Made by a program: the position numbers and the translations under genes. Shown here one piece after another: positions 36,895 to 50,994 of a stretch of 64,000 nucleotides of DNA; position 1 is the stretch's first letter, and each line of letters starts with the position of its first letter. The DNA comes from Heptranchias perlo (taxonomy: Eukaryota): the NCBI RefSeq assembly GCF_035084215.1, contig NC_090349.1, forward strand, positions 27,962,001 through 28,026,000, written 5' to 3'. The notes below the pieces were generated by a model. It had not been told where the DNA came from. It saw only the letters and a program-made list of their open reading frames with translations, and did not search any database.

Positions 36895-39800
36895 ATTCAT
36901 AATTCCCAACAAATATACATACCCTTGAGGAATAAAAACCTCAATGGGAAGTGATCCAACCATAACTAGAGAAAGCAGGGATAGTTTTAGATTAAAAGGC
37001 TTACAATGTTGCCAAAAAGAGGCTTGGAGGATTTTAAAAACCGAAAAATGATAACCAAGAAATTGACAGAGGACAAAAATTGACAAGTAAACAGCAGGAA
37101 ATGCAAACCCAGATTGGACAAGCTTCTACAAGTAAATATGGGTCCCTTAGAGGCAGACACAGGAGAAATTATAATGGGGAATAAGGAAATGGCAGAGACG
37201 TTAACAAATTTTATTTCTGTCTTCAGAGTAAAGAGACAAAACATGCTGAAAATAAATGGGGAACCAAGGGTGTAATGAGGGGGAGGAACAAAGTGATTAA
37301 TTTTTCTAATACTTTACTAATCTTAATGGGACTAAAAGCCAATAAATCCCCTGGACCCAATGGCCTACATCCTCGGGTAGTAAAATGTGGCTGCAGAGAT
37401 AGTGAATGCATTGGTTTGATCTAGAATAAGTCTCTGGATTGGAGGGTAGTAAATGTAACCACTATTCAGAAAGGGAACTATAGGCCAGTTAGCCTGACAT
37501 TAGTCGGGAAAATGCTAGAATCTATTAAGGATGTAGTAACAGGGTATTTAGAAAATCACAATTACAGTCAACATGGTTTTATGAAAGGGAAAGAGTGTTT
37601 GACAAAAGTTGAGGGTGTAACTAGCAGGGTGGAAAGGGAAAAAAACAGAAGATGTAGTATATTTGGATTTTCAAATGGCATTCAATAAAGTGCCACATGA
37701 GATTAGGGAACATGGGACTGGGGTAATATATTAGCATGGATTGAGGATTGGTTAACAGGTCATTTTTGGATTGGCAGGTTGTAACTAGTGGGGTGCTACA
37801 AGGATTGGTGCATGGGCCTCAGCTTTTTACAATCTATAGTAATGACTTAGATTGAAGGGACCAATGTATCCAAGTTTGCTGACAATATAAAGCTAGGTGG
37901 GAAAATAAGCTGTGAGGAGGACAGAGTCTGCAAAGGGATATAGACAGGTTAAGTGAGTGGACAAGAAGGTGGCTGATAGAGTATACTGTGGGAAATCAGG
38001 TTATTCACTGATAGCAAGAATAGAAAAATAATTTAAGAATGTTGGTGTTGGGTGTCCTTTTACATGACAGGAAGTTAACATGCAGGTACAGCAAGCAATT
38101 AGGAAGGCAAATGGTATGTTGGCCTTTATTGCAAGGGGGTTGGAGTACAATAAGGAAGTCTTGCTGCAATTGTACAGGGCTGGAGAGACCACACCTGGAG
38201 TACTGTACAGTTTTGGTCTGTAAGGAGATACTTGCCTTCGAGGCAATACAACAAAGCTTCAATAGATTGAGTCATGGGATGAGGGTTGTCCTATAGAAGA
38301 GATTGGGCCTATCCTCAAGTTTAGAAAAATGTGATCTCATTGAAACAAGATAGAGGGGAATTTTGCCCTTCACTAGTGATCATAGATTCCAGGATGCTGC
38401 CAAACCCTGGATCACCCACCCCTTAAATACTGAAAGACTTGAAATCCCCATCCCAGTGCTCCTGGAATCCAAGGCCACCCCCACTGCTGATAAGTCAGTG
38501 TCCCTGGTAATACTTTGCACAACACCCCTATCTTTTGAAGAGGTGACTCCAGTGGACAGGGGGATGTCTATTTGGACTTTCAGAAGACATTTGATAAAGT
38601 CCCTCAAAGAGCCTTACCTAAAGTTGAATCTAATGGAATTGAAGCTGGTTAGGAAATTGGCTGAGCAGGAGACAGTGTAGGGATAATGGGCAGGTTCTCA
38701 AAATTGGCAGGATGTGATTAGTGGTGTCCCACAGGGATCTGTGTTGGGGCCTCAACCATTCACTATTAATGACTTAGATGGGATAGAGCACCACATATCC
38801 AAGTTTGCCAATGCCAGGTAGCATTGTAAGCATTAAATTAGATAGATTAAGTGAATTTGCCACAGTTTTGCCCTTGGATTTCAGTGTAGGCAAGTGTGAG
38901 GTCATTCAAGGATAGATCAGAGTACTTTCTAAATGGTGAAAAGTCACAACAGTGGAGGTCTAGAGTCTACTAATTAAAAATGTCAGATGGGTACAGAAAA
39001 ATCAAAGGCTAATGGAATGCTGGCCTTCATATCTAGAAGACTAAAATACAAGGGGATAGAAGTTATGCTACAGGTGTAGAGCTCTGGTTAGACCACACCT
39101 GGAATATTTGTGTTCAGTTCTGGGCACTGCACCTTAGACCAATATATCCTTCCTTTGAGGGAGTTCAGATTTACTAGAATGATACCTGTATTCCAAGGGT
39201 TAAATTACAAATGAGAGATTATACAAACCAGGGTTGTATTCCCTGGAATTAAGATTAAGGAGTGATTTGATCAAAGTTTAAGATATTAAGGGGAACTGAA
39301 GGTGGAGAAACGATTTCTGCTGGTTGGAGAGTCTAGGAGACAGCCTAAAAATTAGAGCCAGGACTTGAGTAAAGTTAGGAAACATTTCTACATGGAATGT
39401 GGGGAACTCTCCTGCAAATGGCAGAAGATGTTAGCTCAATTAATTTTAAATCTGAGATTGATAGATTTTTGTTAATTAGATGGTATTAAGGGATATGGGA
39501 CTAAGGAGTTGGCTCACAGATCAGCCATAATCTCTGAATGGTGGAACAGGCTTGAGGGGCTAAATGGCCTACTCCTGTTCTTATTCTGACACCATGAACA
39601 ATGCTATGAGAGATCTGCAAGTAGATCTTGCCTTTATCTTCAGTTAGTCAAAACTTGTCCATTTTAAATGAAATATGTTTCCATTGCTGTTTGTGACTGG
39701 ATAGTCTTGGTGGACTTTCTCTCCTAAAGCACACATCTTCAGTTGATCATGGAGCTTTAAATTTAAGCTCGCTATTAGGTGTGCTGGAACTTTGATATGG

Positions 39801-42373
39801 TCTCATTTCAAGTCCCCATGATACTTCTTCACTTCTCTCCAGGGCATTGAAACCGGAGATTCCAGTCAGACCCAACACATTCTATTGTCTGCAGCATTTG
39901 ACAATGAAAAAGTTTTAGTTGTGTTAGCGTGGATTTTGGACTGTTGAATTAAAGGCAACGATGAAGTGACTAATGGGTACACGACAGTGGTATTTACCCT
40001 AAAACCACACTGAAATGCGCTTAGTTCAAAAGAGTAAATCCTGTTTGGCTGATCAATACTGCTTAGCTGAAATATCAGAATGTGAAGCAATCAAAAATTA
40101 CCTTCATTCACTACCAAACCACTTAATTTGTTTCACAAAACTAGCAGCTTCCACAAGGTGAATCAAATTGCTCAAATAATTTCTACAGTTTATAAACCAT
40201 CATTTTCTTTCACGCAGGTCAGCATGTAAAGCTTAAACCAACATCCATAACAATGCACTGACAACCTGACCAGGTTTTGTCAAGTGGTGAATATTAGATG
40301 GGTTAAGTCAGTGTCTCAGCAAGATATTTTCACTATGTCAGTTATGAGGTAAATTTCCTGTATTACAGCAATTGACAGACCAGCATATCTAGATCACAGG
40401 ATTGTGGAGGACATTAGAAATCACACTTGAAGTCCTGAACTATGCAAGCAGTCACATGAAATCTACTGGTGATTAAATCTTTAGTGGGAATTAAGTATTT
40501 TGCCTCATAGAACCTTTACCACAAGTTGCATCTATGAGTGAAAAAAGATTGAGGCTCAATACACAGATGGGCTGGTTATTTAAGATTACTAGGAGAGTAG
40601 AGTATACATTGAAATTAATTTGTTTCCCTATACTCCACCTAGTGAGTAGCCTTGCTTGGATCTTATATCTTGCATCAGGTGAGTCTGTTGCCTTGCCCTG
40701 ACAAACTGCTTAAAAGTAAATCCTACACAAACTCCTAGCCTGGCCCTTTGGTCTCTACCAAATTTTCAACTTGAAGCAATTGGCATCTCCACTCATTATT
40801 CTGAAGAATCACATCTAAATTAAGTCAAAAAGAAAGCTTATGGTTGCCAGGGTCACTTTAAACTTGCAGCTGTAGAAAGGCTAGAAGCTCATGATGCCTT
40901 GCTTTTGTGTTTAAAGAACAAACATATGGTACAAGTCAGTTCATTAATGTTTGTGAAGGAAGCCCCTTCAGCTTAAGCTCACAACCAGTCAGATTCAGAG
41001 GGATAATTGACTAGAATAGTATTTAGCCCAAATCACAAGGACTGAATCAAGTTGAATAAAGGTTAAGATTACTATACACATTACAACTGGTGTCCCACTG
41101 AAGTTAAATCACCTTGATTTGAGAAGCACAAGTTATATTTTGGTATCCAGTTCAGTTAATGGAGGGTTTCCTCTGTTACATTAGGGGTGGGGATGAAAGA
41201 TGTTAAATACAGGGTCCACTTGCATGCAAGGCCAGTGATACCACCCCAGAGACTCCAAATCAGACATGTTTGTAATGTTCAAAGTGTATGGACCAGCATA
41301 TAGGCTATTTGTCATAGGCTGCAACCCAGAAACTAGTTTATCTTTGGAAGTGTATAAGCAGCCAGATAGAGAAAAGGGCAAGACGGCATTAGAACTTAGT
41401 CTAAGATTAAAGCTAAATTACCTATTTCAAATGATTGGGACCTCAAAGCAATATTAACATTGAAGCTTCAGCAATTCTAATTCTCAACTGGTCTCTTGTA
41501 CACTAATATCCAACTACATTTAGAAAAGTGAAATTAATGGAGCTAATACAATTTCAACTGCCACATGATTAATTACATTTTGCAAGTTACAAAAAAGCTT
41601 CAAAATGTAAACACTAGATTGATTCCTGGGGATGAGGATTGTCCTGTGAGGAGTGGAGTAGAATATTTGAGTTTAAGAATGAAAGGTGATGTAATTGACA
41701 TGTAAAAGCTTCTTGAAGGCTTGACAGGGTAGCAAGAGGGAAGCCATTTCCTCTGGCTGGATCTAGAGCCAAGGGTCATCGTCTCAACATAAGGGATCAG
41801 TTATCCAAGACAAGGAAAAATTTCATTCAGGAATTCTCTACCCTAGAAGACTGGATAGTCATTGAGTACATGCAATGTTACTAGCAATAGATTTTTGGAC
41901 TCTAAAGGATAGGGCAGGAAAGTGGAAGTAGATAGCCATGATTTTATTGAATGGCAGCAGGCTTGAGGGGCCTTATGGCCTACTCCTATTTCTTACATAC
42001 TTAATATTGGACCCTGCAAGTGTCAATGCAAGAGCAGTTAACTGCATCTCAGCACCAAAACATGCTCAAGATCTATGCTAAGATTGTTTAAATATCTAAT
42101 TTGCTTGCCAAGAGTGTGGTATAAACATTTGACATTTTATCAAGGACCTGCAGACTTCCACAGGCAATCATGCAGTGTTACTTTAGTTCTGTAATCCTAA
42201 ATCCTGTGTCAATAGGACCTCTTCCACCCTTCCTAAAGATAGACAATGCACAAAATCTGCAAAATGTAATTTTATTTGAGTCAAGAATTACATCTTAGAA
42301 GTACATTTAGCATCAAGGTTGGACACCTTGCTCCAGTTTTGGTAATTAGCCACCTTCAATTATTCCTTCTTGA

Positions 42374-45300
42374 TCACAAGCTAGGGTGTACATGCTGGAT
42401 TTTCCATTTGTACAGGCTTAGGAGCAAGACCCCCAAAAAGCAAGCTAGCAGTGGGGCAGCCAAAAGTATTACTCCTTGATTTTCTGTAAAAATGAAAGTT
42501 ACATCTCAACAATTGGTCATGATCACAATGTATCTATGTTAAGATATCAAATGTATTGATAAAATTGAAGTCAGTTAATTTGAGAATTGGTAGTGTGGTA
42601 AAGCATTACCCAAAATGACTAGTAATTAATCACTATAGCATGAACAAGGTTATTTACAGGCTAAGTTGTGTAGGATCCAACATGATTTGACACTTAAATT
42701 TGATCACAGGTTGTTACATTAGTCAGATTTAGCCAATGGTCTGGATACTTCCACTGTTGAGTTAGTAATCAATGTTGACTAAACTCAAGTTTATCCTTTA
42801 CAACAGTTAAGTCCAGAGTAAGAAACTGCTTGAATGTTTTATAGCCTTTAAGGCATGCATTAGCTGTTAAGAGCAAACCCTTTACAGTAACCTCATTAGC
42901 AAGTGTACTTCAAATTTACCTCCTTGAATCTTGGCTGAAGTTCTGGATCCAGACTGGGTACTAAGCACTCTCAATGGACCAACTTTAATTATGTGACTAA
43001 TACCAGTTTTTGATTCTAAAAAAAGTTAAAAGATGGTTAGCACAAATAAAATTCTAATCCCATTAATTTAATAGCTGAATGAATGGTACCTTCAGCTCGT
43101 TTATGGCGAGATTGGATAGGCTGGCAGATTGTGTTACAGCAGTCACACAGGGAACTTTGTAATGGGGCATCCAAGAGCTGCCAGCTTTAAAAAAAAACAG
43201 AATTATACATGTAACAAACATTCCAGAGGAGATTTATATAAATTAGTTTTAAGAAATAAAAATTCCATTGATAAATACTAGGGAATTACTTCCCATGATA
43301 GACTGTACTCCAATTGTCTGGAAGCTCAATTGTTTCCTTTTCTCCAAGGAAAAAAAAAAAGAGCCAGACAGCAAGTATTCTAGTAGATCCTGATCCAGTC
43401 TTCAGCTTACATTCATGTGCACTTCCCACAAAAGAATAGGGGCAAGCAGTTGCCTATTTTGGTTAGCAGCTGGGAACCGGACTAGTTCATTGATCCTTGC
43501 AGCCCATTTAAAGAGAACTTAATCAGTGCTGTCATTGCAATTCCTGGTTTAATTGAATAGGCCAATTTAACTGGTTGCATAAACACAAGTGGGCTGTCCT
43601 GTAGCTAGTTCCATCCATGACTATCCAAAGTAGTGTACATCAGCACTGATGAAGGGCAGATATAACTAGCCATATTTAGGCTAGAGTACAGTCAAGTGAT
43701 CTGCTTAAAGATCCTAAATACAAACTAGTCACTGGTGCCAGCAAGTTAGATATCCTTCTAAAAAGGACACAAAATACATTGGCAATGTGCACAAAATGAG
43801 CTTGTTAAAAACAAACAATTTAGTTCAGTATCAAATGCATTGCATTTATCACCAAAGCAGTTATTTTTCCTATCAGTTATAATCCCTTCATTCTCTAGAA
43901 TAACCCAACCAGCTCTGTACATTTGCTTTCAGTTTTTTGCTATTCCTTAATCAGCACTGGGTCAAAATCCTGAAGCCCCCCTAACAGCACTGAGTCCATT
44001 CACCAGACTGCAGCAGCTCACCACCTTCAAAGTGAATTAGGGATGGGCAATAAATGCTGGCCTTGCCAGTGACAGCCACATCCCTTGAATGATTAAAAAG
44101 CTAGGAATGCATTTTTAGAAAGGCACAAAGACACCACTTGATATTTTAAGTGATTTTTCTTCATCCATCCAACTACAGGACCTGCCAATCAATCATTCAG
44201 GCTTTAATGCTGACCAGAGTTTAAAAACTCCACTCAGGTGACCAAAGCACATCTTTTAATAAAAGGAAACTTGCTAGCTTGTCATGTTACTCACCTTTCA
44301 GTTTGCTGGTCAAAGGAACATGCTTTGTGTAAGAGACTTGCATCCCAATTAGGATCCCAGACCAGAGCTTTACAGTGTATATAAATCTGTAGAAATAGTG
44401 AATATAGTACATCAAGTGCTAGCCATATTAATACACAACTCTGCATTGTTTACAGTATGGTTTCAAATAAAAATCCTGAAAGCTGGCTATGACCAAGTTG
44501 TTTTGACTTATAGGATCAGTTCATGATCAAGACTTGGAGGGGATGCTATCTGCTTTTTCATTAGCTTGCCAATCATTACTTGCAAGGAATGGCTACAAGT
44601 AGCTTAAGGTTCTTCTTCAGAAAGTTTAATCTGCCACATTGAAAAGCCAGATAATTCACTCAATTTCAGTGGGGGTGATTTAAAATTAGTCTAAATTAAG
44701 GTAGATGGCAATTGTGCCTTTGGTATAATAGTATTAACAAGCCCACAGAAGGGCTTCTCACAAGTCAGTCTATCTGACCCAATAAGGTAGAACAATCTAT
44801 TGAAACAACTCATTAGTAATAAAGTGGCAGACTGCCATCTTAAAAGACAGTACCTTCAACTGTTCAGTATTAGTGATCTACACTCCAAGGTCTTCAATGA
44901 GGATTCACTATACAATTTAAAATTTATGGTGCACTATTCAATAAGACAGAAACTAAGCATTAGACTCAAAAGCTTCTTTAATTGTATCCTTAAGTTGTCC
45001 CAGACTTACATCAGTTTCTTCCAGACTGATGAATTTAAATGCCTGCACAATAAATTGAAGACGTGATCCATCACTTCTGGGTACGTACTTGGAATTTCCT
45101 GTTATCCCATCAACAAGACATCTGTGGGAACAGGGAAAAAAGTTAACCCAAAGCCAAGTTACTAATTTTTAAAAATCACTATACTTCAAGTCTCATACCC
45201 ATAGTTGTTTATGATGGTATAATTCTCTGGAGATTTGTCCAGTGAGCTTGTCGGGGTGGCAATACATTCTTCCATATAAAGGCGGAGAGCCTGATGATAT

Positions 45301-47893
45301 GTGGCAATGGCAGAGGCTTCTATGTTAATGGAAGCTCCCAGGAAGAATACAGAATCTGGCCTCTCAGCAGTCCAATCATCTACAGCAAGAAGTTGCATAC
45401 ATTACTCCAACAATCATTTATAGTTAAAATGTGAATTCTCACCTTTTGCTTTTACATCTAGATTAAGCAATATTGATGTCATGGTCTGGCCATCAGTAGA
45501 TAAGCCAGTTATCATAGTGCACTTGAACTACATAAAACACTCCCTTTGAAATCAGATCAGCCTATACTGCAGGGATCCAGATCTTTCCACTAGTGGGGAA
45601 AAGCCAGTGAATCAAGGAGTTTAAAATCAATCAGGGGCTACAGGTACAAACAGCATGAATTAGGATCAATGTAGAGGCAGTTTTACCCAATGTGGAAGAA
45701 ACAGCATCTTCAAAAAGACATCTATTAAAAGGTGCAGTTATAACCACCACTGCAAAGTGATTGCTGATTTGCAGCACAAGTGACACCATTGGTTCCAAAC
45801 CAGACTAGAGCAATTGGAAATTCCTTCAATGAGGAATCCTCACAGCTTGGACTTAGTACCACATTTTAAACCATATAGTTTAAAAAGCTGCTGGGTATGG
45901 GGATGGTCTCCTTGATAAAACCCCAAAGTTAGGATATACTGCTATGCACATCTCAGTAGAAAGAATATGGCTCTGCAGCCATGAGCAGCTCACAGTACAA
46001 CTTGTGAATAGCTCCTTACAACTACAGGTAGCATGATCTAACTATAGCCTAGAAATAACATTTAATTTGGAGTAGACACCAAATTGGTTAAAAGTGTATA
46101 GTAACTCATTTGAATTATAGCATGAGTTTATTATTAAGCCATCTGCCAACTTTAGAAAATAAGACATGCTACAAGATCTACTTCCAGTGTACTCAATGCA
46201 GGGGAAGGAAAGAAAAAATTACTTCTACCATGCATATTCAAGAATATGCATGAGGTCACTGCACAGCAATTATGTTCTCTTTCTCCCCCCCCCCACTATA
46301 GAAAAGTATCTCACCAGTCATTATTTTCATGGAAAAGACCAAGCTTCCATCTCCTGCCAGAAAACCAATTACTGGAAATGCTGTTGATGGTACAGGTACC
46401 ACATCACTAGAGAAAAGAAAAACAGGAACAGCAATTGCTGAGGTGTACTGCAGGGCTGTAAAGTTCCAGTGTCCTGCTCAAGAGTTGAATTGGGACACAA
46501 GATGTAGTTACCAACTATTTTAAACTCAATTTTTAAAAAAGTGTGCACGGGGTCAGAAGTTAACAGCCATGAAGCAACTGGTCAAATATAGCAATTAAAA
46601 ATCATTTCCAGTTTTCTGGAACTGGGATTTTTTTTTGTCCTATTACTGCAGTTATACAGGGCCTAGGTGAGACCACTCCTGGAGTATTGTGCAGTTTTGG
46701 TCTCTACCCAAGAAAGGATATACTTGCCATAGAGAGTGCAGCAAAGGTTCACCAGACTGATTCCTGGGATGGCAGGACTGTCATGAGGAGATTGGTCAAC
46801 TTGGCCTGTGTTCACTTGAGTTTAGAAGAATGAGTGGGGATCTCATGGAGACAAAATGCTGACAGGGCTAGACAGACTAGATGCAGGGAGGATGTTTCCC
46901 CTGGCTTGGTGGTGGGGGTCCAGAACAAGGGGTCACAGTCTCAGAATACAGGGTAGGACATTTAGGACTGAGATAAGGAGAAATTTCTTCACTCCAAGGG
47001 TGGTGAACCTGTAGCATTTTCTACTACAGAAAATTAGAGAGGCCAAGTTCACTGAATATTTAAGCAGCTAGATAGAGTTCTAGACACTAAAGGCATTAAG
47101 GGGTACGGAGAGAGCAGAATATGGTATAGGGGGGGGGGGATCAGCCATGATCATATTGAATGACAGAGCAGGCTCAAAAGACTAAATGGCCTACTCCTAT
47201 TTTCTATCTATTACTCCAGACTTAATCCATCCCGAGGAGTGTTAGTCTTTAAAAACAGCCAATATGCACAAAAAACACTTTATAACCTATGAGGCCACTC
47301 GGCCGATAGGGAAAGGGATGGTGTGACTACGGTTTACTGTTTTAAGTGAGAACCCTTAGACTGGGGTTTGTTTCTTACAGTAGATAGCGACATTCCAGGC
47401 GAGTGTTGAGCAGCAGTTGCTCCATCCCAGGGGCTGGTCTGGCTTCATACTTCAGGTAATTCCAGTAAACTATCTCCTGATCAGTCACCTAGGGGTGAGA
47501 AATCAGGACGAGAGTTAGAACAACAGACCAAGCCGAGCCGTAGAGAGTCTTTCAGACACACACCCACCAGTCGGCCAGCCCGGCAGTCTTCTAGTCCATA
47601 CTGGAAGGTGAGGACTCTGGCGGAGCTGAAGCCTGAAGGGGGGCAGTTTCCAAGCCGGAAAGCGGAGGCGTCAACGCCAGACAAAAAATCCATCGACACA
47701 TACACAGTCAGGGTAGAGTTGTCACAAGAGTAAGTGATGCCATGTTGAAGAACTGAAATTGAAAGAAAGTTAGAAAGAAGGGAAATGCAACAATTCAGGA
47801 CTACAAACCATTAAAAAAAACCAACAGACCTGTTTGATGTTCTCCCGACACAGTAACTATCAACAGTATCACTAAACTCCCGAATAGAATCAT
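42374..47893 (-). CDS. Zona pellucida glycoprotein 3-like, copy 2, 378 aa; exons 47893-47830, 47752-47568, 47488-47379, 46406-46315, 45379-45199, 45121-45010, 44386-44295, 43184-43090, 43015-42920, 42483-42374
   Basis: Same splice sites and open frame as copy 1. Differences seen by eye: LSSVD>LSGVD, LLLGLY>LLLSLY, HVHRSL>HVHPSL, and one synonymous Leu codon in exon 1. Confidence 0.92.
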
Positions 47894-47940
47894 TTTGGAG
47901 AAGGCTGGGTTACTAACTACAGAAAGACAGCCCAAGGCTG

Positions 47941-48131
47941 TTTTATAGGAAGCCCCAGTAATTATCTGACATCAGCTCATTCACAGTCATTTAAATTCCG
48001 GAGCCAAACCATCACTCAGGCACTTGATTCAATTTACAGGGTCATTAAAAATCTCGAGAATTTGTAGTAATCACTCAGGAAATCAACAAGAACAAAAGGA
48101 TTTAGGGACAGCGGGTGAGGCGAGACACGTG
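47941..48131 (-). promoter_or_regulatory. ZP3-like copy 2 promoter: TATAAAA (47947-47941) and CACGTG (48126-48131)
   Basis: Both motifs retained in the duplicate. Confidence 0.7.
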
Positions 48132-50929
48132 CCGATTCACCGTCAGTTATTTATGCTCAGCAAGATTGAGGATTTATTCATGACCATGTATATATTGTGA
48201 CAAAAGCAAGTTATAGAAAGTAGCCCATAACTATTGAAGCTGGAATTTACAGATATTTTCAGTGCAATAATTGCCACTATTCTGTGTGGGCCCTGGTGAC
48301 CTTGAAATGAGACCATGTCAAACCCACTGGTTTGCTCGAAGCCTTCAGCAACTGGTGGGTACTGTCATTCATAATAAGACCAATATCACCATTTAATATA
48401 TGCGTCCATTTTTAGTTTAACTGAGTGGCTTGTTTTGTAGCCCAGCTGGGTGGGACTGCCCATGCCTGGTTCCATTCTTATCGATCCAGTCGTAGCTAGA
48501 GAATCACCTGTAATGGCTTCTCTTCCCGCTCCTGCACCGTTACCTCTGGAGTCCCCCAAAGATCTGTCCTTGGCCCCCTCCTATTTCTCATCTCCATGCT
48601 GCCCCTCAGCAACATCATCTGAAAACACATCGTCAGGTTCCACATGTGCGCTGACGATACCCAGCTCTACTTCACCACCACCTCCTTCAACCTCTCCACT
48701 GACTCTGATTTGTCACACTGCTTGTCTGACATCCAGTACTGGATGAACAAAAATTTCCTCCAATTAAATATTGGGAAGACTAAAGCCATTGCCTTCGGTC
48801 CCCTCCACAAATTCCATTCCCCAGCCACAGACTCCATCCCTCTCCCTGGCCAATGTCTGAGGCTGAACCAGACCATTTGCCACCTTGGCATCCTATTTGA
48901 TGCTGAGATGAGCTTCCGACCACATGTCCGCTCCGTCACCAAGACAGGCTACTTCCACCTCCGTAACATTGTGTCTCCGCCCCTGCCTCAGCTCCTCATC
49001 CTTGCCTTTGCTACCTCTAGACTTGACTATTCCAATGCTCTCCTGGCCTGCCTCCCATCTTCCACCCTCCATGAACTTGAGCTCATCCAAAACTCTGCTG
49101 CCCGTATCCTAACTCGCACCAAGTCCCATTCACCCATCGCCCCTGTGCTCGTTGACCTACATTGGTTCCTGGTCCAGGAACGTCTGGATTTTAAAATTCT
49201 CATCCTTGTTTTCAAATCCCTCCATGGCCTCGCCCCTCCCTATCTCTGTAACCTCCACCAGCCCTACAACCCTCTGAGATCTCTGCACTCCTCCAATTCT
49301 TGCTTCTTGTGCAATCCCGATTTTTATTGCTCCATCATTGACGGCCGTGCCTCCAGCTGCCTGGCCCTAAGCTCTGGAATTCCTTCCCTAAACCTCTTCG
49401 CCTCTCTACCTCTCCTCCTTTAAGATGCTCCTTAAAACCTACTTCTTTGACCAAGCTTTTGGTCACCTAGCCTAATATCTCCTTATGTGGCTCTTGTCAT
49501 ATTTTGTTTGAAAATCATTCCTGTGAAGCACCTTGGGATGTTTTACTATGTTAAAGGTGCTATATAAATGCAAGTGGTTGTTGTATTAGTGGTGCCCTTT
49601 TGGTGGGGGGAGGGGGTCACTTTTAGTGGTATTTGTTCTGGTGACGTTGGACTCACACCCAATGTCACTCTATGTGCCCAGGCAAAAATAAAATAGTGTA
49701 GCACAGGGGACCTGCGATGTGAGATCCCTTGCAGAAGACCTTCCACACTGGTTTGTGTTCACACTGAGTAGTGTGTAACTCCAGTCTCAAGCTGCTTGTA
49801 CATTGGGTTTAGTGGGGTGCTGGGGCAACCAGCTCCACCAGGTGGGTCACATGCAACCAATGGCAACCCCAAAGTAAACTTGCTGGGTTAGCTAAAGTCA
49901 GTGACTTGGGATGACTTGGTAAATACTAAATCCAATTTAAAAGTAGCTTCAAGCCATAATTATTGGAGTATGTGCTGCCTGGGACCTTTGCCAGTTGGCA
50001 AAGAAAGTCAGCCCCGTAGTCTCATTGTATAGGTTTTGCTTCTCAGTGCTTCCTGTACCTTACATACTGTGGCAGCTATTATACTGCCAATAGTGTACAA
50101 ATGAATAAATGCAGAGTAATTGACATTCTACTGTTGTTTGCAAAGGAATTGCATACCTTAATTAAAAAGGGCTAATTTTATGAATCTTTATTCCTCTTGA
50201 GAGTACTGTTATATTAATCTTTTGCCCTTGTTTTAGTTTATTTTCATTTTCTTCGCTTCTTTTTATGTCTGTCTGTATTAGGCAGCAATCATAGCTGACT
50301 GAGTGAGTAACCATCCTACTCACAGTCCTCTGAGTGATTCTTTACTTTGACACAGGGTGTCAGAACACTATCATGCCGTGCCATTCACCAGTTTATTGTT
50401 TATTTTATAAAGAATCAATTCTTTGGTCCCATCGATTCCACCTCCTTCCTCAGTGGCTCTGGGTTGGTATGGTGATAAGCTTGATGATAGTGGGCCTATT
50501 GTGTCTGTCAATGTACCATGTGGTATCTGGAAAATTGAGTCAGGGTGCAGATAGGACGTAATGTCTACTGCAGGTTTTGAATGATTAAAAATGATGGTCT
50601 TTGTGGGAAATTAAGAATGCCACTTTTATATATATTTTGTTATTTGCAATTGTGGTAGATCACAATATGGGTGATTTTACCCCATTATTGCTAATTTAAG
50701 GAATAACACCCCTTTGACATCAGGAGCAATTTTTTTTATACAGGAAACATGTTTCTATTAAAAACAGAGAGGATTATACACTGAATTAACACATTATCCT
50801 TTCATCCCAAGGACCTGGGCTTCAATTCCGTTCACACTGATAAGATAGAAAGTATTTGCATTTATATACCACCTTTCACATTATCAAGGAGCTTCACAGC
50901 CAACAAAGTACTTTTGAAGTGCAGCCATT

Positions 50930-50994
50930 GTTGTTGTTGTCATTCTGCTTGTCTACATTGTTGTAATGTAGACAAGCAGAATGACAACAACAAC
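50930..50994. repeat. Perfect inverted repeat, 30-bp arms, 5-nt spacer
   Basis: GTTGTTGTTGTCATTCTGCTTGTCTACATT-GTTGT-AATGTAGACAAGCAGAATGACAACAACAAC. Confidence 0.95.

Noticed and set aside
36658-37086. 142-aa and 95-aa ORFs as novel genes
   Set aside because: Chance fusions of L2 and CR1 sequence across the duplication junction.
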